In this document: piece by piece, positions 9,466-19,283 of the stretch
Layout: the number at the start of each line of letters is the position of its first letter
Numbering within the stretch: position 1 is the first letter of the stretch
Assembly (NCBI RefSeq): GCF_044704955.1
Contig: NC_092006.1
Coordinates: 13,516,001 to 13,580,000 of the forward strand
DNA length: 64,000 nt
DNA from: Pristiophorus japonicus
Lineage: Eukaryota
Reading direction: 5' to 3'
The notes under the pieces: generated by a model
Told to the model about the DNA's origin: nothing
Database searches by the model: none
The model's input: only the letters and a program-made list of their open reading frames with translations
Translations under genes and position numbers: made by a program

Positions 9466-12400
9466 TCCCCTCCCTATCTCTGTAACACCCTCCAGCCCCT
9501 ACACCCCTCCCTATCTCAGTAACATCCTCCAGCCCCTACACCCCTCCCTATCTCTGTAACACCCTCCAGCCCCTACACCCCTCCCTATCTCTGTAACCTC
9601 CTCCAGCCCCTATACCCTGCCCTATCTCTGTATCCTCCTCCAGCCCCTATACCCCTCCCTATCTCTGTAACCTCCTCCAGCCCCTACACCCCTCGCTATC
9701 TCTGTAACCTCCTCCAGCCCCTATGCCCCTCCCTATCTCTGTATCCTCCTCCAGCCCCACCACCCTCCCTATCTCTGTAACCTCCTCCAGCCCCTATGCC
9801 CCTCCCTATCTCTGTAACCTCCTCCAGCCCCTACGCCCCTCGCTATCTCTGTAACCTCCTCCAGCCCCTATGCCCCTCCCTATCACTGTAACCTCCTCCA
9901 GCCTCTAAACCCCTCCCTATCTCTGTAACCTCCTCCAGCCCCTGCACCCCTCCCTATCTCTGTAACCTCCTCCAGCTCCTACACCCCTCCCTATCTCTGT
10001 AACCTCCTCCAGCTCCTACACCCCTCCATATATCTGTAACCTCCTCCAGCCCCTACGCCCCTCCCTATCACTGTAACCTCCTCCAGCCTCTAAACCCCTC
10101 CCTATCTCTGTAACCTCCTCCAGCCCCTGCACCCCTCCCTATCTCTGTAACCTCCTCCAGCTCCTACACCCCTCCCTATCTCTGTAACACCCTCCAGCCC
10201 CTATACCCCTCCCTATCTCTGTAACCTCCTCCAGCCCCTGCACCCCTCCCTATCTCTGTAACCTCCTCCAGCCCCACAACACCTCCCTATCTCTGTAACC
10301 TCCTCCAGCCCCTACACCCCTTCCTATCTCTGTAACCTCCTCCAGCCCCTGCACCTCTCCATATCTCTGTAACCTCCTCCAGCCCCTACATCCCTCCCGA
10401 TCTCTGTAACCTCCTCGAGACCCTGCACCCCTCCCTATCTCTGTAACCTCCACCAGGGCCTACACCCCTCCCTATCTCTGTAACATCCCCCAGCCCCTAT
10501 AACCCTCCCTATCTCTGTAATCTCCTCCAGCCCCTACACTTCTCACTCTCTCTGTAACCACCTTCAGCCCCTACACCCCACCCTATCTCTGTAACCTCTC
10601 CAGCCCTTAAAACCCCTCCCCATCTCTGTAACCACCTTCAGCCCTTACACCCCTCCATATCTCTATCATACTCTCCAGCCCCTACACCGACCGATCTCCG
10701 TAACCTCCTCCAGCCCCGACACCCCGCCCGATCTCTGTAACCTCCTCCAGCCCCTACACACCTCCCTATCGTTGCAACCTCCTCCAGCCCCTACACCCCT
10801 CCCTTTCTCCGTAACCTCCTCCAGACCCGACACCCCTCCCTATATCTGTAACACCCTCCAGTCCCTCCATCTCCCGATCTCCATAACCTCCTCCAGCCCC
10901 TTCACCCTTCCCTATCTCTGTAACCACCTCCAGCCCCTACACCCCTCCCTATCTCTGTAACCACCTTCAGCCCCGACACCCCTCTATATCTCTGTAACCT
11001 CCTCCAGCCCCTACACCCCTCCCTATCTCTGTAACCTCCTCCAGCCCCGACACCCCTCCCTTTCTCTAACATCCTCCAGCCCCACAACCTCTCCCTATCT
11101 CTGTAACCTCCTCCAGCCTCTACACACCTCCCTATCTCTGTATCAACCTTCAGCCCCTACACCCCTCCCTATCTCTGTAACCTCCTCCAGCCCCGACACC
11201 CCTCCCGATCTCTGTAACCTCCTCCAGCCCCTACACCCCTCCCTATCTCTGTAACCTCCTCCAGCCCCTACACCCCTCCCTATCTCTGCAACACCCTCCA
11301 GCCCCTACACCCCTCCCTATCTCTGTAACCTCCTCCAGCCCCTGCACCCCTCCCTATCTCTGTAACCTCCTCCAGCCCCGACACCCCTCCCCATCTCTGT
11401 AACACGCTCCAGCCCCGACACCCCTCCCTATCTCTGTAACCTCCTCCAGCCCCACAACCCCTCCCTATCTCTGTAACCTCCTCCAGCCCCTACACCCCTT
11501 CCTATCTCTGTAACCTCCTCCAGCCCCTACACCCCTTCCTATCTCTGTAACCTCATCCAGCCCCTAGGCCCCTCCCTAACTCTGTAACCTCCTCTAGCCC
11601 CTACACCCCTCCATATCTCTGTAACCTCCTCCAGCCCCTACATCCCTCCCTATCTCTGTAACCTCCTCCAGCCCCGACACCCCTCCCTATCTCTGTAACC
11701 TCCTCCAGCTTCTACACCCCTCCTGATCTCTGTAACTTCCTCCACCAGGGCCTACACCCCTCCTGATCTCTGTAACATCTCCCAGCCCCTATAACCCTCC
11801 CTATCTCTGTAATCTCCTCCAGCCCCTACACTTCTCACTCTCTCTGTAACCACCTTCAGCCCCTACACCCCTCCCTATCTCTGTAACCTCTCCAGCCCTT
11901 AAACCCCTCCCCATCTCTGTAACCACCTTCAGCCCTTACACCCCTCCATATCTCTATCATACTCTCCAGCCCCGACACCGACCTATCTCCGTAACCTCCT
12001 CCAGCCCTGACACCCCTCCCTATCTCTGTAACCTCCTCCAGCCCCTACACACCTCCCTATCTCTCCAACCTCCTCCAGCCCCTACACCCCTGCCGATCTC
12101 TGTAATCTGCTCGAGTCCCTACACCCCTCCCTATCTCCGTAACCTCCTCCAGCCCCTACACCCCTCCCTATCTCTGTAACTTCCTCCAGCCCCTACACCC
12201 CTCCCTGACTCTGTAACCCGCTCCAGCCCCTACACCCCTCCCTATCTCTGTAACCCCCTCCAGCCCTTACACCCCTCTCGATCTCTGTTCCCTCCTCCAG
12301 CCCCTACACCCCTGCCGATCTCTGTAATCTCCTCGAGTCCCTACACCCCTCCCTATCTCCGTAACCTCCTCCAGCCCCTACACCCCTCCCTATCTCTGTA

Positions 12401-13893
12401 ACTTCCTCCAGCCCCTACACCCCTCCCTGACTCTGTAACCCGCTCCAGCCCCTACACCCCTCCCTATCTCTGTAACCCCCTCCAGCCCTTACACCCCTCT
12501 CGATCTCTGTTCCCTCCTCCAGCCCCTGCACCCCTCCCTATCTCTGTAACCTCCTCCAACCCCTATTCCTTTTCCAATCTCTGTAACCTCCTCCAGCCCC
12601 TACACCCGCCGTATCTATGCAACACCCTCCAGCCCCTACACCTCTCCCGATCTCTGTAGCCCCCTCCAGCCCTTACACCCCTCCCGATCTCTGTTACTTC
12701 CTCCAGTCCCCACACCCCTCCCTATCTCTGTAACCACCTCCAGCCCCTACACCCCTCCCTATCTCTGTAACCTGCTCCAGACCCGACACCCCTCCCTATC
12801 TCTGTAACCTCCTCCAGCCCCTACACACCTCCCGATCTCTGTAACCTCCTCCAGCCCCTGCACCCCTCCCTTTCTCTGTAACCTCCTCCATCCCCTACAC
12901 CTCTCCCTATCTCTGTAACCTCCTCCAGCCCCTACACCCCTCCCTATCTCTGTAACCTGCTCCAGCCCCCACACCCCTCCCTATCACTGAAAGCTCCTCC
13001 AGCCCCTACTGCCCTCCCGATCTCTGTAATATCCTCCAGCTCCCTCCCTATCTCTGTAACCTCCTCCAGCTCTGCACCCCTCCCTATCTCTGTAACCTCC
13101 TCTAGACCCTCCACCCCTCCCTATCTCTGTAACCACCTCCAGCCCCTACACCCCTCCCTATCTCTGTAACCTCCTCTAGACCCTCCACCCCTCCCTATCT
13201 CTGTAACCACCTCCAGCCCCTACACCCCTCCCTATCTCTGTAACCTCCTCCAGCCTCTACACACCTCCCTATCTCTGTATCAACCTTCAGCCCCTACACC
13301 CCTCCCTATCACTGTAACCTCCTCCAGCCCCTACACCCCTCCCTATCTCTGTAACCACCTTCAGCCCCGACACCCCTCCCTATCTCTGTAACCTCCTCCA
13401 GCCCCTACACCCCTCCCTATCTCTGTAACCTCCTCCAGCTTCTACACCCCTCCCTAGCTCTGTAACCTCCTCCAACCCCTATAACCCTCCCTATCTCTGT
13501 AACCTCCTCCAGCCCCTACACCCCTCCATATATCTGTTACTTCCTCCAGCCCCTGCACCCCTCGATCTCTGTAACACCCTCCAGCCCCTACACCCCTCTA
13601 TCTCTGTAACCTCCACGTGTCCCTACTCCCCTCCCTATCTTGTAACCTCCATGGGCCCCCACACCACTCCCTATCTCTGTAACCTCCTCCAGCCCCTACG
13701 CACCTCCCTAACTCTGTAACCTCCTCCAGCCCTACACCCCTCCTGATCTCTGTAACCTCCTCGAGCCCCTATACCTCTCCCTATCCCTGCAACCTCCTCC
13801 AGCCCCTACACCCCTCCTTATCTCTGCAACACCCTCGAGTCCCTGCACCTCCCGATATCCGTAACCTCCTCCAGCCCCACAACCCCTCCCTAT
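9466..13893. repeat. 37-bp minisatellite (cctccagcccctacacccctccctatctctgtaacct), array 1
   Basis: About 120 diverged copies. Confidence 0.97.
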
Positions 13894-13895
13894 CT

Positions 13896-15103
13896 CCCAC
13901 ACACAGCAATGTGATAATGACCCAGATCATCTGTTTTAGTGATGTTGGTTGAGGGATAAATATTGGGCCCAGGACACCGGGGAGAACTCCCCCTGCTCTT
14001 CTTCCAATAGTAGCCCCGGGATCTTTTACATCCACCCGAGAGGGCAGACGGGGCCTCGGTTTAACGTCTCATCCGAAAGATGGCCCCTCCGACAGTGCGT
14101 CGCTCGCTCAGTACCGGCCCTCCGACAGTGCGGCGATCCCTCAGTACAGCCCCTCCGACAGTGCGGCGCTCCCTCAGTACTGCCCCTCCGACAGTGCGGC
14201 GCTCCTTCAGTACTGCCCCTCCGACAGTGTGGTGCTCCCTCAGTACTGCCCCTCCGACAGTGCGGCGCTCCCTCAGTACTGCCCCACCGACAGTGCAGCG
14301 CTCCCTCAGTACTGTCCCTCCGACAGTGCGGCGCTCCCTCAGTACTGCCCCTCCGACAGTGCAGCGCTCCCTCAGTACCGTCACTCCGACAGTGTGGTGC
14401 TCACTCAGTACTGTCCCTCCGACAGTGCGGTGCTCCCTCAGTACTGTCCCTCCGACAGTGCGGCGCTCCCTCAGTACTGTCCCTCCGACAGTGCAGCGCT
14501 CCCTCAGTACTGCCCCTCCGACAGTGCGGCGCTCCCTCAGTACTGCCCCTCCGACAGTGTGGCGCTCCCTCAGTACTGCGCCTCCGACAGTGCGGCACTC
14601 CCTCAGTACCGTCCCTCCGACAGTGTGGTGCTCCCTCAGTACTGCCCCTCCGACAGTGCGGCGCTCCCTCAGTACTGCCCCTCCGACAGTGCGGCGCTCC
14701 CTCAGTACCGCCCCTCCGACAGTGCGGCGCTCCCTCAGTACTGCCCCTCCGACAGTGTGGCGTTCCCTCAGTACTGCGCCTCCGACAGTGCGGCACTCCC
14801 TCAGTACCGTCCCTCCGACAGTGTGGTGCTCCCTCAGTACTGCCCCTCCGACAGTGCGGCGCTCCCTCAGTACTGCCCCTCCGACAGTGCAGCGCTCCCT
14901 CAGTACTGTCCCTCCGACAGTGCGGCGCTCCCTCAGTACTGCCCCTCCGACAGTGCGGTGCTCCATCAGCACTGCCCCTGCGACAGTGCGTCGCTCCCTC
15001 AGTGCTGCCCCTCCGACAATGCAGCGGTCCCTCAGTACGACATTGGAGTGTTAGCCTCGAGTGAAATGCTCAAGCTCCTGGAGTGGGGCTTGAACCCACA
15101 ATT
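13896..15103 (-). mobile_element. Deu-type tRNA-derived SINE with an internal 33-bp minisatellite expansion (14084-15038)
   Basis: SINE body on both sides of the array; B-box-like GGTTCAAGCCC on the minus strand near 15087-15097. Confidence 0.7.
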
Positions 15104-15239
15104 GGGAGGCAGTTGGTTGAGGAAGGAGTTTTGCCCGGAACACCAGCAACACCCTGTTCTCCAAGGAATAGGATGTTTTACATCCACCGCATCAGGAGAG
15201 GGGTGTGGAGCAGTGAGAGGGCTCAGTGAAACACCAAGT

Positions 15240-16033
15240 CCCCCTCCCCAGGGCTCAGTCCCACACCGGGCCCCCCTCCCCCTCCCCGGGGCTCAGTCCC
15301 ACACCGGGCCACCCTCCCCCTCCCCGGGGCTCAGTCCCACACCGGGCCCCCCTCCCCCTCCCCAGGGCTCAGTCTCACACCGGGCCCCCCTCCCCCTCCC
15401 CGGGGCTCAGTCCCACACCGGGCCACCCTCCCCCTCCCCGGGGCTCAGTCTCACACCGGGCCATCGTCCCCAGGGCTCAGTCCCACACCGGGCCATCGTC
15501 CCCCTCCCCGGGGCTCAGTCTCACACCGGGCCCCCCTCCCCCTCCCCGGGGCTCAGTCCCACACCGGGCCCCCCTCCCCCTCCCCCTCCCCAGGGCCCAG
15601 TCCCACACCGGGCCCCCCTCCCCGGGGCTCAGTCCCACACCGGGCCCCCCTCCCCCTCCCCCTCCCCGGGGCTCAGTCCCACACCGGGCGCCCCTCCCCC
15701 TCCCCAGGGCTCAGTCCCACACCGGGCCCCCCTCCCCCTCCCCGGGGCTCAGTCCCACACCGGGCCCCCCTCCCCCTCCCCCTCCCCGGGGCTCAGTCCC
15801 ACACCGGGCCCCCCTCCCCCTCCCCGGGGCTCAGTCCCACACCGGGCCCCCCTCCCCCTCCCCGGGGCTCAGTCCCACACCGGGCCCACCTCCCCCTCCC
15901 CGGGGCTCAGTCCCACACCGGGCCCCCCTCCCCCTCCCCGGGGCTCAGTCCCACACCGGGCCCCCCTCCCCCTCCCCGGGGCTCAGTCCCACACCGGGCC
16001 CCCCTCCCCCTCCCCGGGGCTCAGTCCCACACC
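15240..16033. repeat. ~38-bp GC-rich minisatellite (gggctcagtcccacaccgggcccccctccccctcccc)
   Basis: About 20 copies here, but only about 4 in the later units (30200, 42634, 56460). Confidence 0.9.
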
Positions 16034-16111
16034 GAGTGAGACCACTGGGGCAATGCGAGCCATGATTCGAAGGGAAGGGGCCCCTGGTGACATTTGGACC
16101 ACTCCTCACTT

Positions 16112-17182
16112 TCGTAGAAATAAAAAATCGGAGCAGGAGTCGGCCATTTGGCCCCTCGATTCTGCTCCGCCATTCAATATGATCCCGGCTGATCCTCTAT
16201 CCTCACACCATATTCCCACTTTTTCTCCAGACCCCTTGATGTCTTTTGTGTCTCGAAATCTATCGATCTCCCTCTTAAATATATTCAGTGACTTGGCCTC
16301 CACAGCCTTCTGTGGTCGAGAATTCCACAGGTTCACCTCCCTCTGAGTGAGAACATTTCTCCTCATCTCAGTCCTAAATTTCCTAGCCCGTATCCTGAGA
16401 CTGTGACCCCTTGTTCTAGACTTCCCAGCCCCGGGGAAACATCCTCCCCGCATCCAGTCTCCAACCCCGTCACAATTTTATACATTTCAATGAGATCCCG
16501 TCTCATTCTTCTAAACTCCAGTGAATACAGGCCCAGTCGACCCAATCTCTCCTCATACGACAGTCCTGCCATCCCAGGAATCAGTCTGGTGAACCTTCGC
16601 TGCACTCCCTCTATGGCAAGTATATCCTTCCTTAGGTAAGGAGACCCAAACTGCTCACAATACTCCAGGTGCGGTCTCACCAAGGCCCTGTATAACTGGA
16701 GTAAGGCATCCTTGCTCCTGTACACAAATCCTCTTGCAATGTGGGCCAACGTACCCCATTTGCCCCTAACTGCTTGCTGCACCATGTCTGTTTTCAATGT
16801 CTGGTGTACAAGGACCCCCAGGTCCCTCTGTACATCCACACTTCCCAAGCCGTCACCATTTAAACAATACTTTGTCCTCATGTTTTTCCCACCAAAGTAG
16901 ATAACTTCACATTTATCCACGTTATACTACATCTGCCATGTGTTTGCCCATTCACATAGAAACATAGAGAATAGGTGCAGGAGTAGGCCATTCGGCCCTT
17001 CGAGCCTGCACCACCATTCAATAAGATCATGGCTGATCATTCACCTCAGTCCCCCATTCCTGCTTTCTCTCCATACCCCTTGATCCCTTTAGCCGTAAGG
17101 ACCACATCCAACTCCCTTTTGAATCTGTCTAACGAACTGGCCTCAACAACTTTCTGTGGCAGTGAATTCGACAGGTTCACTC
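16112..17182 (-). mobile_element. Two tandem CR1 LINE 3' fragments (16112-16953 and 16955-17182)
   Basis: DKCEVIYFGGKN..RPHLEYC..LYSLEFRRMR with frameshifts; the second fragment begins with the acatagaaacatag tail. Confidence 0.9.
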
Positions 17183-17333
17183 TGTCGACCCGCTGTGTCT
17201 TTACATCCTCGTCCCGACTCACAACCCCAGCCAGTTTTGGGTCGTCGGCAAGTGTGGAAGCATGACGATTTGGTTCCCTGCCGTCCCGTGCAATGAGGGG
17301 CCAGCGAGACCAGGGTGGGAGTTTTTAATTCTG

Positions 17334-17339
17334 TTTATT
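17334..17339 (-). terminator. Poly(A) signal AATAAA of actin-like copy 1 (ATTAAA about 10 nt further)
   Basis: tttatt on +, about 67 nt past the stop codon; present in all four copies. Confidence 0.7.
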
Positions 17340-17405
17340 TATCAGAATGTCAGCACTCGCTGGCCATACACACTGGCGTGTGCACGCACACGTTCCGCCA
17401 ATCGC

Positions 17406-18569
17406 TCAGAAACACTTGCGATGGACAATCGCCGGACCTTTCTCGTCGTAGTCCTTGCGACACACCCACATGGACCGGAAGGTGTTGAGGCTGGCCGTGA
17501 TGGAGCCCCCAATCCACACCGAGAACTTGCGCTGGGGCGAGGCGTAGACGTTGAGCTTGAAGCGGCTGGGCACCAGCTCGCCCATCTCCTTCTGGATGCG
17601 CTCGGCGAGGCCGGGGAACATGGAGGAGCCGCCCGACAGCACGATGTTGTTGAACAGCTCGGGCCGGTGCTTGGCCTTGCACTTCTTCAGGCTCTTCATG
17701 GCCAGCACGTGGAGGCCGGGGTCAGTCAGCCCCACCGCCTCGGGCTTGAACAGCGACTCGGGGCAGCGGAAGCGCTGGTTGCCGATGGTGATGATGTGTC
17801 CGTCGGGAAGCTTGTAGTCGGTCAGGTAGTCGCTCTCGTTGGCCACCATCTCCTTGTTGAAGTCCTGCGCCACGTAGCAGCAGGTCTCCTTGATGTTGTG
17901 CACGATGTGCATCTCCTCGGGGCTGAAGGTGTTGCCGCAGTCCTCCAGCAGCTTGGCCATGTACTCGCTCAGCCTGCCCCCAGCCAGGTCCAGGCGGTAG
18001 GTGGCATGGGGCAATGTGTAGCCGTTGTAGATGGGCGCCGTGCAGGAGACCCCCAGGCCCGACTCGATGATCAGGCCGTTGATCCTCCCGGTGGAGTACA
18101 GCGACAGCACGCTCTGGTGGGCCACGTACATGGCCGGCACCCCGAAGTTCTCGAACAGCAGCTCGGCCGACTTCTCCCGGTTGGCGGTGGGCGACAGCGG
18201 GCTGTCGGAGAGCAGCACCGCCTGATCCTCAGGGGCCACCCGCAGCTCATGGTAGAAGACGTGGTGCATGAGCATCTCCAGAGCGTCCCAGTCTGTCACG
18301 ATGCCTTTGGTGACCACCTGGGTCTTGGTGATCCACGGGTCACTGGGGATGGCGCTGCCGATGTAGTAGTCGGGCCCCTTGCGCGGGTCGTTGTCCGTTT
18401 GGTTGGGGATGCCCACCAGGGAGTGGACCACCACGCTGGGCTTGTCGTCGCCGGCAAAGCCAGCCTTGGTATAGCCGGTGCCGTTGTCCATCACCACGGC
18501 CGCCGTCTCGGTGAAGTCTTCTGTGCAGGCGGGGGGCCCCTGGGGGGCAGTGGGGGAGGATTTGCTCAT
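17406..18569 (-). CDS. Intronless divergent actin-related protein, copy 1 (387 aa; ACTL7/ACTL9/ACTRT-like testis-ARP type)
   Basis: Actin motifs VVMDNGTGYTKAGFAGDD, GIVTDWD, ELRVAPE, NREK, FENFGVPAMY, QSVLSLY, RLDLAG, IKETCCYVA, YKLPDG, RFRCPESLF, SGGSSMFPG, RKFSVWIGGSI and C-terminal HRKCF. First in-frame ATG at 18569 (the ORF track starts at a non-ATG codon). Confidence 0.93.
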   Translation of the reverse strand: MSKSSPTAPQGPPACTEDFTETAAVVMDNGTGYTKAGFAGDDKPSVVVHSLVGIPNQTDNDPRKGPDYYIGSAIPSDPWITKTQVVTKGIVTDWDALEMLMHHVFYHELRVAPEDQAVLLSDSPLSPTANREKSAELLFENFGVPAMYVAHQSVLSLYSTGRINGLIIESGLGVSCTAPIYNGYTLPHATYRLDLAGGRLSEYMAKLLEDCGNTFSPEEMHIVHNIKETCCYVAQDFNKEMVANESDYLTDYKLPDGHIITIGNQRFRCPESLFKPEAVGLTDPGLHVLAMKSLKKCKAKHRPELFNNIVLSGGSSMFPGLAERIQKEMGELVPSRFKLNVYASPQRKFSVWIGGSITASLNTFRSMWVCRKDYDEKGPAIVHRKCF

Positions 18570-18972
18570 TCTACACAGCGAGGGCACGGACTGAGGGGGT
18601 CCGGGGGTGGGCTTCTTGGGTCTGCTCTGAGCAACACGATCAGCACGCTTTTCTTCCTGTTTGCAGCCTCCCTCTCTCTCCCTCGAGTGTCACCGTCTGT
18701 ATGGGCCCACACCCCCACCTGCCCCTCTACACTGGGCCTGTCGCCGGGGGCAACGGCGCTGATCTCACAATGTCCCCTTGTTGCCTCTGACCTCTGACCT
18801 CCCCCCCCCCCCCACACACACAGGAAGCCAGGTTACAGACAACAGGTGATGTCACTGAGAGAGGGAGGAGGGCCGTCAGTGGGAGGCCCCTCCCTCACCC
18901 TCACTCAGCCCCCCCACGCACCCCACACCCTCTTCCCCCAACCTCCCCCTCCCCAGCCCCCTGCTCACAGCC

Positions 18973-19043
18973 TCAGCCATGATCATATTGAATGGCGGTG
19001 CAGGCTCGAAGGCCCGACTCCTGCACCTATTTTCTCTGTTCCT
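18973..19043 (+). mobile_element. Short CR1 3'-tail fragment on + strand (also ~33261, ~45695, ~59522)
   Basis: tcagccatgatcatattgaatggcggtgcaggctcgaagg..ctcctgcacctattttct is the reverse complement of the CR1 tail at 16960-17037. Confidence 0.75.
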
Positions 19044-19283
19044 ATCCCCCTCCCCATTACGCTGTCTGCCACCCGCAACACCACCCACATCCTCACTGCC
19101 ACCTTTCCCTCGCTCACCCCTCCACCTTCGCTCCAAACCCCTCCCTCACTTTCTGGAGCCCCGTTCCCCGCCTCTGTCCCACTGCTCGCTCCCTGACTTC
19201 AGAGTGAGTCGGTGCGAATCAGTCTGGCCCCCAGCCCCCGGCTCTCCCCAGTGCTGCAAACCAGCTGCTTGATAAGACTCAAT

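Noticed and set aside
6540-13893. CRISPR-like regular 33-37 bp repeats
   Set aside because: No unique spacers, no cas genes, eukaryotic context.
15075-15103. tRNA gene (B-box GGTTCAAGCCC)
   Set aside because: Truncated SINE head only; no A-box or cloverleaf visible.
13949-16346. 371-705 aa Cys/Pro-rich repetitive ORFs resembling keratin-associated proteins or extensins
   Set aside because: Translations of the 33-bp and 38-bp minisatellites; lengths not preserved in the paralogous units.
17406-18569. Processed pseudogene of cytoplasmic actin
   Set aside because: Highly diverged from actin yet fully open with conserved core motifs; no poly(A) tract or TSD seen.
17262-18797. 511-aa + strand ORF (443 aa in the other units) antisense to the actin-like gene
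   Set aside because: Shadow frame of a GC3-rich CDS; no recognisable domain, non-informative composition, and its end differs between copies.
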